DNA of 62,816 nt, the filler included, from Sphacelaria rigidula (lineage: Eukaryota): assembly GCA_964200075.2 (NCBI GenBank). It is 5 parts of 5 records of this genome, joined end to end, with 100 filler letters (N's around TTAATTAATTAA, not from the genome) between each part and the next. Parts side by side here need not be neighbours in the genome. Positions count along the whole stretch, not along the records: positions 25,168 to 37,650 come from CAXNAA020003717.1; positions 37,751 to 50,233 come from CAXNAA020003718.1; 3 more parts are not named here. One strand, 5' to 3'. The notes under the pieces are model-generated. The model was not told where the DNA came from and ran no database searches. It saw nothing but the letters and a program-made list of their open reading frames with translations. This document shows, piece after piece, positions 26,694-40,363 of the stretch (position 1 is the first letter of the stretch; the number at the start of each line of letters is the position of its first letter). The position numbers were made by a program, and so were the translations under genes.

Positions 26694-28166
26694 TCTTCAA
26701 GTTTCGCGGGGACTTCAAATTGAGGCGTAGACTTGTACCTTGAAGACTGGAATTTCAACTTGATGACTCGAGTTGCATGCTTCGAGATTAACATGGTACC
26801 TTCAACTCTTATTTCGGTCAGAAGTTGAGGTTTTTTAAATTTGAAGGTCAGCCATTGACTTGAAGCTTCAATATGAACGCTTCACGTTCAGGTTGAGGCG
26901 TCAACTTTTATCTGAATACTGGCTCCCACATTGAAGCTTTTCCCCAAAGGTGAGCCTTCGAGCTGAGGGTTCGAGTTGAAGCTTTGTTTTTCATCGTAGA
27001 CATTCGACTTTAGTGTGGTCGCCTCAAGGTGAGGGGCAGGGCTTGACGTTGAAGCGTCAAGTCGCAACTTTAACCTCCAGGCTCAATACAAAGCTCTTAA
27101 TGGAAATTGCGACTGTCAAGTTAAGTGTTGAGCGTTGAAGGTTCGAATTGAAGACTTGATCCTCAACTTGATTCTTCAACACTCAATTTAAACATCCAAG
27201 TTAAATTGGCGACAACGTCGACATCCCGCTGACCAACGTCACTCGGTCAAACGTAGCTGTACCTTGTTCCTTGTTTCTTGTTTGTATTTTTTTCCAAGGT
27301 TTCCTTGCCGTGAGACTTTATATGTTCTGCTGCGGCTGTACAAACACAAAATTGTGAGTAAAGCGACACGGCCGAAATAACGCCTTTTCGCTTCGTACCG
27401 TGTGAAGCTCACTCACCCGAATACAGAAGACAACACACACCACAAAGATCATTGCCGTAAGTATATGGTACCGGCAGTATTTGACAACAACATCACCCCC
27501 TGCCACCCACCCACACATCGCGCGTCCGCACCATTCCTCCCCGCCAAACCACCGCCTCTTCCGCGTAGCATCATGAAGATTTTTTCCACACAGCTTCGCC
27601 TGTTGCAGCAGGACCCGCCGCGCCTTGAAATCGCCATGCAAAAGTAACTACAGTCAGGGGGGAGTTTCGCCAGGCTTTATAGCTCCGAACTCTGCGGCCA
27701 CTACCACCTCACGGGCCTATCAAACATAACAAAATTATACTTCGAAGTAACATATATTTAGAGAAACAATCTCAAATGGTACATGAAGCGGACTATCTGA
27801 ACCTATTGTTGTTCGGGAAAACAGCTTACCCACAGCGATGGGCGTAGCTTGTTATACTCTTCACTCTATACAACGGCAGCCATGTAGCAACGAGTCTTTT
27901 CCTCGCGCATGTTTGCTCCCCCGAACGAATTGTTGCCACCTCTCACTAGTGTTCGCCATCCTTATGCGACAATCATTGCTCTACAGAAATGGAGGAATGA
28001 CCCCACGAACCAACACGTCCCTGAGGAAGCAAGTGTGAACAGGAGCACCAAGAGTTACTACACCAAAAAAGTACACACCAACACATGAAGCGACAGTAAA
28101 CAACCTCACAGGCAATAAATCCAAGCACGAAAAGTGTGCAAATCAGCAGAACATAACTACACAAAA

Positions 28167-31100
28167 TCACGAAATTATGGTGGAGACAACTTCTCCTGCG
28201 CAGGAATTTCCCGAAAGTTCACAGAAGCCTGAGTACCCAATGGTGTTCCTTGACGAAACTCGGATGTAGTACTCCAATCCCGCTGTCAAAGAAGTTATTG
28301 TATACGTCGTATTGGATACGTCCGTGTAGCCATAAGTAGAATCTGAAGACGCAAACCTGTGCAATATTTTGACGCGCATAGATACGACACGTGTCGGATT
28401 GGTTAGCAATAAGACCAAACGGTTCATATTCGAGGAAAGGAGTATCGCAGGGACGCTGCAAGCTCCAATGTTTATCGATTCAGCGAGTAAATTTAGGACG
28501 TGATATATTTCGAGGTGCGCATTTAATATTGCAGTGTACTTTCGTTTGATCAACACCATTTGACCTCTTCCTGAGAGTACAGTCCGGGGTGATAACTACC
28601 AGTAATGAAACTTGAATAACACCCCGCGTTCGCTTGTGCTGAGCAATGTGCTGGACGTTCATAAGGAAGGCACCCCGGGTCGATTTATCACCATTGCTCG
28701 CAGTATATGGTTCGTTTGCGTGGGCCTTCTCATGGGGACGCGGAAAGCTCCACGGGAGGTTCCAAGTTTCAGCACATTTGACACTGGGCTTGGCTCCGAA
28801 AGAATCGCCGCCACTTGCCGTATGAACTATACGCCATCTCAACGGGAGGAGCCTAACACACTTTTGCGATTTGCTAAGCTTGTAGGCATCCCAAACAGCC
28901 ACTTGCCAGGAGAACGAGACACGCAGGAATGATGCCTGTTGTGATATTTGTGAAAATTCCTCACCGTCTCAACATTGTCCCCTTTTCAGCTGAATTTTGG
29001 CAAGTTGTCGTTTGTGAAGCCCAGGAGCCTTACAGATCGGAAACGTGGACTAAGGTCCTCCCGGTGGGGTGATGCATACATTTCAGTTTCAAGACACGTG
29101 GTGGCGGTGTTTCCTGTTGTAGAGGCGAGAACGGTATAAACTGTCTCAAAACTCAAGGATTCCTGAATCATTTTGCGCACCCCTGTAAGACGTTGTCTCA
29201 TAATTATTTGATCGTTTCGAGCGAATATGTAATAGTCCTGCGTGGAAAACATCGAAAATGAAGGTCCTGTGAAAGCCTCGTATTCGCTCGGGCTGAACAT
29301 AGCAGTTTGACACGGTGGATATTTGAGTTGGAGGCGCACCGAGGCTGACATATCTGAAGACGGCGCGCGAGAGCAGGATGCGGTCATTGCGCCCTTGATG
29401 TGTTATGTGGATATCGGGCTGTTCTCCGGCGTTGACATGTCCTATATTATAGGCACGTCACAAACCGTAGCGGCATAGCTACTTTGGAAAATATTTTCAG
29501 ATACACTTATCCCACAGAACCTGAAATCACCGCTACTGATTCTTATTACAACCCCAGGCATGAACTCGGCGTACATCCCGTTCGGGTGTATTGGTTGGTC
29601 CACGTATATGTAGCTATACGGTAGCGTACGTCACTCCACGGCGCTGAAAACAAGACCACACTTCCCCGACAACGTTTGACGGACAACGAATTGAAACTCT
29701 TACTCTCTGGTGGTGTACCGTACCTTACATTGAAGCGTTGCGTGTTGACAGTGTACCGTGTTTCCTATCCTTAATTTCGGCTTAACGCAGAACCAAGTGA
29801 TGAAGATTGATTTATGTCCTTTTTCATTTTATACTTCGAAGTATTGTATCATACTTCATTGCTATATTGTTCATCGAGACAGGTGTTTGGTGCTCTCATT
29901 TTTCCTCTCCTTGCCGTTCCTTTCATTTCCCTTCCTACTTCGTTTCGGTTTCTGCGTTGTTCGTCTCTAGGTTTCGTTCAGCATTCTCCGTTTGTTCCAT
30001 CTCTTCATTTCCTCCCTTCTTGAGTTTCCCTCAGCTAGTGTTTCAGTTTACTCACCCTTGTTCGTCAACCATGTGAACACGGCTGAATACCTCCCGATCA
30101 GGTTAAGAACTTCAATCAATAAACTAATGTTTACGTCCACAAAGTGTTCTTGATAGAGTACTCGCAAGCGCTTACCCGAGACCCGTGCTCCATTGTATTC
30201 GGTACTCGTACACTTCATCCCCTCCATCGGATCCTGGGTAAAGCCCCCCCACGGGGGTAGGGCAGATCGTTGGTGACTCCTCGGTTCCAAAGCACGAAAT
30301 ACCATGGGATGGTACAAGCGGGAAGTCCCACGTGACGGTAGCGGTGCTGGATGTACTGTTGTCGACAACTAGCCCGACGGGTATTCCAGGAGGCCGCAAA
30401 GAGGGATATGCTGATGTTGGCGATGCCGCGCGAGCGACCCCTGCTCCTGCGCTATTCTCTGCCGCTACCTTCACGTAATACCTGCGGGGTGCGAATAAGA
30501 AGATGATCGAGCAAATTACAGCTGTGGTGGGTAAACGTTGTCACACCGAGTTCTTTGATACCGAAATAAATGATTTTGTCTGCTGGTACCGGGAGAATGG
30601 ATAAACGAAAAAAAAAGGTTCGGATGACTGCTCTGCCTGTGGCTCCTGTTCAAGTGACTCTTGTTTTCAACTCATGTAGCGCTCATCAAGGGTACGGCCA
30701 CTGTCAATATCGAAGATGACCCCCTAAGAGCTACCCAATAGATTGGGGTTTACGGTTACCTGACAGGGGGTAAAACCTAACGCGGGGATAGACTGGGGGG
30801 TGCAGGCTTTCCGGGCTGGCTGTGATGCCGTATGAAGTACCGGAGGTCAGCTGGTCGACATCTGTTTCCGTCTGGCATTGATATTGATGTGATACTACAT
30901 CCATCAAATGCAAAATGGTGGCAAAACTAGTGGCCCATGTCTCAGATACTGCCATGAGGTTCGTCAATGAGGTGTGAAACAATCGCCCTCCCCTGTACAT
31001 ATTGCCGACGACACCATGCAAGTAGCTTTGGCGTGTTCACCTCGCCTCAAATATACTGTTCGAGAGAGCAGTTTATCGGGGTATCCCATGCCTTACCCAG

Positions 31101-34100
31101 CACCAGCACAACTACCCCTCACCTCCTAGAAGTACTGAGATACTGAACGGTGTACGCTCGCTCGGTTGAGTTCACGCGCGCACTGCCAGAGTGCGGGGAG
31201 CCCACCAAGCTGTTGAACGATTCGGATACGTCCCAGGTCACCACGAAGGCAGTCACCTCGTCTCCCCCGTCTGATCCCGGAGGATAGAAGCTCACCTGAG
31301 GGTTTGCGTTATCGGTCGGAGGACGATCCCGAGGGTACGGGTTGGTAGATAAAGTGAACGGGATGAGTTCGCTGGAATAAACAGAACAGCCTTCTGGAGG
31401 ATTGTTGATGAGAGGCAACGAGTGATCTTTGAGTGCGGCATCAAAGATACAGCATTTTCTGGTTGAGTACTCAAGGTGCGTTGGTGAATGTAGGTGGTCG
31501 CTGCATGTTATGTATGGAGGCTAACCAAAGCGGGGCACGATTGCTGGAGGGCAATTCCCACAACCAGTACAATGTTGTTCAAACGTCAGTTGGGTCTGAG
31601 CACCGCGACTGCCGTTCATATAACCCTACTTGTGCAGGATGGCTAAAACGGTGCATACGGTGCAGAATCGCCTCAGGAAATATTTCCGTAGCGAGCGAGA
31701 CAGAAGGTTGCCTACGGCCAAGCATTCGGACAGTTTCTATTCGTGCGCGCAACACTGACCGTAAGCATCGTGTCTGAGGTAACCCCAAGCACCACGTCCG
31801 TGGGCGCCGTAGGCTCTTCGTAGGGGTGCTGGTATGTCGGGCTCGAGCTCTGGGTGCTCCCGTAGCCAAGGCTGTTCCGCGCGGATACTCGGACGTAGTA
31901 GTCGACACCCATGTCCAAATTGGATATTACCTAGAGATGTACGCAATCCATGTACAGTCACACAAATGTTTTGTAACCAATGATTGGTCCTGATGAGATG
32001 GAGCACTTGTCGCATGTACACCATTAAGTTACCTTGTAACGCTGTTGGAGCAATACAATAAGTGGTTATGAAATCCATACATATTTTCTCGAATATATCA
32101 CACCTCCGCTATGTCTGCAGCTCTCTACATCAGTGAAAGCAGATACGCAGCACTAGCTATATGGGAACACGACTGGAGCAGCACAATTACCTGTTTTGTA
32201 CGCAAGTGTGAGACCAAGCGTTTCTGAAGAAGCTTCACACAACTCTAGCCAGAATCCCGCGGTCACGCTTCGGGAGACGACATCTCCTCCATTAGTTTCT
32301 CCTCCCGTATCTCGGTTACTCAACAGAGTGTTCGGACCCCTATCAAAAACGTGCTCTGCTTCTATGCGAACACCTTCACATTACTTTGCCGCTAGACACA
32401 TATGTAGTGAAATATTCATCACCAGCCAACACGATAGTGCTGCGAGGGTACCTGGTCGTAGTGCTGCACTAGTCACACGTAGCGCTAGACGCTCGTGGCA
32501 GCGATATTTTCTTGAAAATAAGCAATCACACACTGCGAATACAGTCAGAGGCCGCTACCGTACCTTGAGGAAGGGTGCTCCTCCGCTCAGGAGGGACACA
32601 GTGGCGTTAGAAGCGTCGGAGAAAGTGGAATCCAACGCCCACTCCACCAAGTATGCCACGACTGTCATCGGAAAAATCATTCGGTGCGCAACAAATTACG
32701 GCGGTTTGTCGAGGTCGGGAAAGGGCTTGTTTCCATGTCGGGAGCTAGTAATGTACAATGTAGCGTTGAAGTTAGTGCAAACAACACGCTTCTAATGCAA
32801 TGGTGCGAAGGACATTCGTCGGAATGTAGAGTAAAGAGAGACAAAAGAAAAACAAGCAGGAAGGGAAACGAAACGATCAAACGAGAAGCAGAAAAATAAG
32901 TACTGTAGTGAAATAAAATCAACAACGAAATAAACATTGAAATGGCCGGCCGCTGCAGCTTGGTTTCAGGTGCAAAAACACCGAGCGCAAAAGCGCATGC
33001 ATCCACACGCAAAACGAACAAAGAGGCCGTCGGGGGAAATGTGGCTCAGCTTTTTTGGACCCCACTATTAGTGCATGTGCTTTTACCCACGATCGCTACG
33101 GACGCAAGGCACCACACCAAACTGCTACTGAGAAACACTGAGAAAAAAGAAATAGCGAGATATGAATATATATATATATATTATGTATATATGGAGAAAG
33201 AAAGAAATAACAGCGAAGAAGGGAATTATGGAAGCGATGAAACCCAAGGACACGGTTGAACATGTACAGAAGCTCAACCAGAGAACATCACAAGACCACA
33301 GGTCAAGGAAAAAGTCAACGACCGATAAGAGAGGATAGGGGTGGATCAGGTTCCGCGTTAGCCCGAAATGGTGCCAGCTATTGTTGTAACATATATGCAG
33401 TCAGTTGATACAACATACCGCGGAAAGTTACCATACTGCTGGGCAAAGGTATCGCACTACTGCATCCCCTCACCTGAATCTCCTCCATCGTCCGCAGGAG
33501 GAGAAAATACTACCTTCAGCGACTGTGCATCGTAAACCTCGAGAGACACTGAAGTGGGCCGGCCGGGCACCGTGGTAGGTTTTGCCGGATACGGTGCAAC
33601 CTGAGTCATTTCATGATACAAGGGGAGAGGAGGCGAGATATTGGATTCAATATTTCTCTGATTCCGACAAGATTCTGTTGTTTACCCATCCAACGCTGTC
33701 ATCTTTTTTACTTTGTTTTATCTGTCGACGATGCAGAGCCGGAACCACATTTTGTGAGGAGGGCTGCTGGGCGTTCAAGCATTGGGAGCACTATCACTGT
33801 AATATAGCATCTTCCTCGGGTGCGGTGCGTATTTTCCGGGAAGAGTTATCGAAATATATACGCTCCGAACACTCTCCCGTCTCGTGGATCTGTCGTGGAT
33901 CTGTCGCGGATATCTGGTCGATCAATTCAGGATTAACGTTGCACAAGGACTGGCTCGGCGTTTCCAAACAGTACCGGGGAATATGCATACCGCATGGTTC
34001 CGTGAACGCGCGAAAAATATCTATGTTTTTGCCTTCCCGTCCTCCATTCTTGAAAAATTGAACGCGTCGACACAGTATTTTTAAGTTGTCGATAACAAAA

Positions 34101-36647
34101 CAGTGGTCGAAGTACTGTGGAATAGAGAACGTCCAAAGGATCTAAGCTTTGGTGGAAATAGAATCGTAAGACATGTTTTGAGCTACCCTTCGCAACTTGG
34201 ACAACGAGATTTGCCATCGGTGACGATCGCCGTATTGAGAATACGTTCCGCCCTCTCGAAAACGAATTTTCGAACGTTGAATCAGCGAAGACTCGCCCGC
34301 TACCTACTTGTTGGACGACTCACCTGTCCCTGGCTGAAGCCCACAGGACTGTACGCGAACACCCGAGCGTAATAAGCCTGACCTTTGACCAATCCTCCTC
34401 CTGTTGGCACCACCATGTCACCGCTGCACTCGCTCTGAGCAACTCCAGTCTTGATCTGAGATACACAACACAGGTAAGGTGACGCAACGTGACGGAGGGG
34501 GAGGTTTTGAGGTCGCGGCCAGCGACATGCAGTGCACGATGTGCTTTTAGAATGCAATGGGAGGAAGCCAGGAAACACATATTTCATTCGCAATGACCAT
34601 ACAGGGGGGAATACAGTATATTTTCCGTGTGAGGCGTTCTTATGTTTCATGAAAAACAACGTGTTCAGTAGAATTTTCCGTGTTCCCGGTCGATATTGTA
34701 CTTATACAGCGAATACTGTAGAGGGTTGCCGATCGATGTTATTTGTTGCTTTACATGTTCAAATATACCGTTATTGTCGAGTGTCTGCCGGCGTGAGCGA
34801 CTACACGGCCAACGCAAGGTCGGTCAAAGTGCCGGGAGGGAATGCTTGATTCTCGCCCAGCCGGAAATTATCTGCTCTAGCAGTGGTTTTGACGAGTACT
34901 AAAAATAAACGCATACGTTCGTTCACCTTGGTAGCGGTGACCTCCGGAGTGTTTGTCGAAGAATCGTTGAGGAAATTTCTCGAGGCAACATCTTCCAGCT
35001 CGAAATCGTCGCCTTCGTCCAAAAATGTTACCGTCCATCGGTACTGCCCCGATCCCAGTGCCTGCCTGGTAACTCTAACTCCCTCATCAATGTTGTCCAG
35101 AAATTCCAACTGCCAGGTAGCACAAAACAAGGTGTTGGGTAGGACTGGCGTAAGAAACAACGTGATTGGGGTAAAATCCAACGACCATGCGGTGTAGGAC
35201 GTGGCGTGAACAAGAATCGGCGCCGGAATGGTGTACGTTACTCCAACTACGGTGTGGGAAAAAGCTGTGGACTATAGCCAACTTAAAGAACCATCCATCA
35301 CTTGTGGTGGGTAAACATGAGAAAGCGGAAGTAACGAGGTGGAACGGGGACGTTAGTTCCATCGTATATATATATATATATATGACATGGCTCCATACAC
35401 ACACGATTGGGGAGGACGCAGTTTCAGGTTGTGCCGAGAGAATCACTGAACACATAGTAGTAGAGCCGATATACATGATGAGCGAAGACGCGGCCGTCCC
35501 GGAATACTCTGTACCCGGACCACTCAAGTATATGTGGGAAAATACCTCAAATAGGTGGCTCCGTCAAGTGCCTTTGGAAGACAACACCCTCTCCAGATTG
35601 ACGGCATGTCGGGGGCGTGACCGACAGTGACGTTTTATAACAAATATACCACAGTGCCTACATCCGCAGGTTGGGAATTATGTCTAAACAATATTGTTTC
35701 AACCGAGACAACAGCTTACGCAGTGACAGGACTAGCGCGGCAGGTGGATGCATATCTTGGTAAGATAGGTCAAGTAGCAATATGTGTAAATAGTGGGTAT
35801 AGCTAGCTCTTACGATCGTGTGCCCACCTTCATCTGCATGGAACCCGACTTCTGCAACCTACTATCGGGACATTCGTCGTCGTTGTTGCCGGCGTCATTC
35901 TCGCACATGACAAGCGAGTCCGTGGTTATATTGGCAGGCTGCTCGTCTGACCCCAATGCCACCGCATCGTGCGGAATCGGGTCCGTGACCAGCTCATATC
36001 CAGAACGAGTTAGCGCCAGGTTGAAATATCTGCTTCCCCGGTCAAAGGCAAAACCATCAACATATGTTATTCTTACTGATCAATTCAGGACGACTTACAA
36101 GCTTTAATGCGCGAACTTTCGAAAGCATACCTCAGGCACAATAGAATGTGTTCGGTTACGTCGGGCGGTCCCCTTGATATGTTATCCTCAGCATCTGGTG
36201 AACCCCCCAGTTACTGGAAACGCAACACCTTGCTTAAACTCTCATGGGGGAATACGAAGCCATCATTATGCTTTACTCCGAGGTCGCACTAACAATTGGC
36301 ATCACAACCGCCTGCTGCTTGTATAGAAAACCAACAAACAGTTCCTACAGCAGTTTGAATACCTGCCCGTCCTCAACTCGTTCGACGTTTAGTCAAATGC
36401 TCCTACTTTCACCCCGATAGTTTCGCATACGGTCTTATGTCTACGCAAGGGTCAAAACGCACCCGTCAATGATGGTGGAATTCGAAGAGCTTTCGATCAC
36501 CCAGGTAGCGTAGTCCGGTGAGTTGGGGCATCGGAAAGACTCCGTAATGGGATCGTCGAAAGTGGGTGTGGGATCGACTTCCACCAGATACGACGCCACC
36601 TCCTCTCCTCCCTCGGATAGAGGAGGGGAGTACGTCACAATAAGCCT
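28167..36647 (-). CDS. Large fibronectin type III repeat protein, 3' part, spliced; exons approx. 36647-36463, 36029-35828, 35109-34927, 34455-34324, 33600-33474, 32661-32564, 31930-31760, 31295-31123, 30481-30176, 28356-28167
   Basis: Repeated Fn3 signatures (SPPLSEGGEEVASYLVEVD, SPPADDGGDSVVAYLVEW, YYVRVSARNSLGYG, PPGSDGGDEVTAFVVTWD, YYIRVSSRNTIGYS); AG/GT boundaries give a continuous frame ending at the stop at 28167. Confidence 0.88.
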
Positions 36648-37650
36648 CTGAGAGTTGGAGAAAACGAGGGAAGAGAAATCGGAGAACGAAATATGCTTGA
36701 GGTTAGTTGTCTACAACATGCACTTCTCTGTTATTTTCCATATTTTTCAGCGGTTCTCCTATTCTCTCGGTTTCAGGCGAGCACATGTCATTTGCGCATC
36801 AAGTGGCGTTCATCGACAGGCCGCCAACAATGACAAGGGCAACAAATGAAGTTGCGACAGAGAGATTCAGTTCAGTTCAGGGGGTACTAAGCCTGAATGT
36901 ACCGTAGGGTGCAAAAGAATAGTTGGTTTTCGCATGTTTTGCTTTCGAGAGTTCAATTCTTCATCAGATACGATACATCGGTGTCTTTTCGGTTTTACTT
37001 GCAGGTGGATTGATGAAAATGGGACAAGAGTCATACAGGGTCGAAGGAACATGCCTTACAAGCTACCTCCGACGCAGCGATGTATCAATGCTCCTAAGGT
37101 TTACATAAGGTACGCTTTTCGTTTGTGACATTTCGGCACGTTTGCAGAAGCCCAACTAGATCTGAGAGACATAATGTAGTAACACCTAGTTCACGTGTGC
37201 GACTATACACGTATTATATTTGTTCTATCTTCTTCCTATCATTCATCTGCCAAGTTGATGCGGTTACCGCATTTTTCAGTGTCACGTGCCGACAGTGCAT
37301 TGAGAGTGGGACGGTAACCAGCGACCTAGGAGCGGTAGGATATAGTGGTTGCTCGCTGTAGATCAAAGTGCAACCACGTTTCCCACGGACGGATGTTACA
37401 AACATATACCCCCCACTCAGCAGCCGCGAATGAAGCAGGGTGAACATATAAGGAAAATCGCTGAAACAAGACGGCAAGACCTGGACCCTCCGCAAGTGCC
37501 GCTCCGCGCATTTGAACACTTTGCTACGGAACTCCGTATTGGCACGTTCGATACACGAATGAGCATGCATCCCGCGGAAAATTTCATGAACAGCCATCCA
37601 CACAGATATACCCCAACAAAGTCATACTACGTTACTCGTAGGAGGGGAGG

Positions 37651-37750
37651 NNNNNNNNNNNNNNNNNNNNNNNNNNNNNNNNNNNNNNNNNNNNTTAATT
37701 AATTAANNNNNNNNNNNNNNNNNNNNNNNNNNNNNNNNNNNNNNNNNNNN
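37651..37750. other. Artificial linker joining segments 3 and 4
   Basis: Same N-TTAATTAATTAA-N structure. Confidence 0.97.
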
Positions 37751-37832
37751 ATCACTCCGGGAATCGAACCTCCCTACTCAACCATCAGAAGAAGGTTACG
37801 AGGTTACCAACTGAGCCACCGGGGCGACCGGT
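37751..37832 (-). mobile_element. tRNA-derived SINE head, copy 4, cut by the linker
   Basis: Reverse complement reads accggtcgccccggtggctcagttggtaacctcg...ggttcgattccc (A and B boxes). Confidence 0.8.
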
Positions 37833-38051
37833 GCTTTCCAAAAACAGGAAAAGTCAGAGATTGATCCACTTCGAGTTGGACAACGTTTTCCACGACTATT
37901 TTACACTACAAGTACTCCTATACTTGTGACATGAATACCGTCAATTGCACCATTATCCCAGTTCGCACAACCACATGACACTATCCCAGCTTACAATCCT
38001 CGCACTCGCAGATTTTGAATCTTCTCTGGCTGTAGTTTGGGAAATCTGGCA

Positions 38052-38114
38052 CTCTCCGAAGGCCTTCGGGTACTCTCCGAAGGCCTTCGGGTACTCTCCG
38101 AAGGCCTTCGGGTA
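38052..38114 (+). repeat. 21-bp tandem repeat x3 with palindromic core CCGAAGGCCTTCGG
   Basis: actctccgaaggccttcgggt repeated three times. Confidence 0.9.
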
Positions 38115-39715
38115 CGGAGCAAACCACCTTCTTATCCATTTGTTCCCACGCTTGTGACTACCCCTCCAGCGAGCCATGAATGGGTTGTGGCCACAGACTT
38201 GGCACGACCTCACCCGGGGGTGCTTCAGGGCGGGTTGCTCTGCCGCGGGCAGCATGGGTAGCATGGGCAACATGGGTAGGTTCCACACTTGTTGCACCGG
38301 AACAAATCCGCTGCCGGTGCCAAACGACGAAGCTACTGCATACAAGACGCTACACGCCGATGCCGGCACTTCAAAGGCCGGATCATTCTCGGTTGTACCA
38401 GATTCTTCCCTCGTAGTGCTACTGCCCTGACTAGGTCCAGCGCTGTCCCCCCCCGCGTTTGTGGCAATCCGATCGAGGGCACTCGAAGAACCGGGGCCGA
38501 CACGACGTGTAATGTCTGCGCCAGAAATACCGGTCTAACAAACATCATCATCGACACCGACATCAATCAAATCAATTTTACTCATATTGCGCCTCTCGTC
38601 ATCAGGTTCGTCGACCGCCGATGGGGCAGGTTGTGGTACCGGTCTGTGGCCGTCGTCTACATAAGGGAACGAAACGCGGTCTCCGTCGGCACCAACGGTT
38701 GCACTGGCCGCGCTCCTTGCCACGGCTACATAAACGCGATTTCTTTCACGCATCGATGACAGCTGTGCCAAGTTGTTCTCAATGGTGCGCGCGGTGTTGA
38801 CGTCCTTTCTGGACTCGGTGCACCATGTTGCAAGTCAGCCGGCTTTTTCCTCTTGCCGGGATCTCCGTTGACTTCCAGGCAACCCGCGGCTTCGTTCCTC
38901 TCGACGTCACCAACGTCGTCATTCCACTTATCCACGGAACGATCGAAATCGATTGCTTGAACAGCGGGACTACCAGGTTGACACCTCGTTTCCGGCGAGA
39001 TTAGAAACTGGTAAACATCGCGGTCGAACGGATCCTTTTGTGCCTGGGTCGTGACGGCGGTGGTAGGGCGTTGTCCTACGTCAGCACCCTGAATCCTAGC
39101 AAAGAATCTGCACCAATGCATCAAACAGAAAGTAGCAAGCGAGCACGAGCGATGGGCCGGTATGTGTACGAGGCGAAATAAGACTGAGAATAGGGAACCC
39201 CCATTTATGAAAAATCTTCGCCCACATCCAGAGGGAAAACAACTTCCGTGCCAGAGTACTCACCGTTCACTTGGCTTAAGCCCGTCCATTGCTCCCCATC
39301 TTTCCTCGGGTACACGGCGATGTCCGTCCTCCTCGTCGTCGGATTCCTCATCATCCGTTGCGTCCTCCTCGAGCGGTGGGCACACCTGGGACAACTCGTT
39401 CAACTCCTTGCACGCTTGGTCAGGGTCGCATGACGTCACAAACCCAGTCCTCTTTCCTGTGTCGAGGAAGTTCTCGGTCGATTCCCATCCAGCGTAAAGG
39501 GGGCTGTAGTCATACCAACCGGTCATGAGAGCTTGCATGTCCTCAACCTTCCACTGGTGGTAGTAGCCTAGCAGGTCCGAGTGCATGCCTCTATACAAAC
39601 CTGGAGATCGCAATGAAAACACACCACGTGAGGGGAGATAGCATTCCATGATTCGGGGAAATGAAATAAAGAAGTTAAGCGACATCTGCGAACGTAACCC
39701 GCTCTTCCACTAGCT

Positions 39716-39876
39716 CTAATTTGACACCTGTGGCAAAGTACAAACCAGACAGTCCACGATGCACTTGGAAGGTTGGCAATTCGACGCACTCAGTGATAAT
39801 TTGACACCTGTGGCAAACTACAAACCAGACAGTCCACGACGCACTTGGAAAGTTGACGATTCGACGCACTCAGTGA
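39716..39876 (+). repeat. ~80-bp tandem duplication inside a transposase intron
   Basis: taatttgacacctgtggcaaa...attcgacgcactcagtga occurs twice. Confidence 0.85.
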
Positions 39877-40105
39877 CACAATCTTGTCACACCTGCAATT
39901 CGATGGTTCCGCCTATAGTTGTGCATGAGCATGGTGATATGTGCGAACACGGGGGACGTCTGGTAGGAGCCCATCAAGAGGCGCAGCGGTTGGTGGTAGC
40001 TTTCGACTCGGTTGGTGTCTCGCAGTGACCGCACCATGTCGAACCCGTCCTTGGTTGGCCCCGAGGCCCGACACAGTTGCACTTCGCTCGAGTCTGGGTC
40101 ATGAA

Positions 40106-40363
40106 CAAGCAACGCTACGGTAGGGGTACGCTTTTTTCGCGAAATCATGTCTAGTTCAGGGGCTCCTAACGATTCTAGATGTACAATAATATGGGTTAGG
40201 GCATCCCCGTTCGCATATTCATTCGAGATATCCCCAGCACATTGGAGTAGTAATCCTGGCGTACCTTTACATTTTGTATAGGTCGTGTTTTGCATGAGAT
40301 AAAGGGCTCCTAACAATTCTAACCTCAGAAAATATATGTGCACCCCTACCGTAGCATCACTAG
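40106..40363 (-). mobile_element. ~258-bp MITE with 2-bp TSD (AA/TT) inserted in the transposase coding sequence
   Basis: Homologous to 12824-13082; removing it plus one TSD restores GCV-HDPD. Confidence 0.85.
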
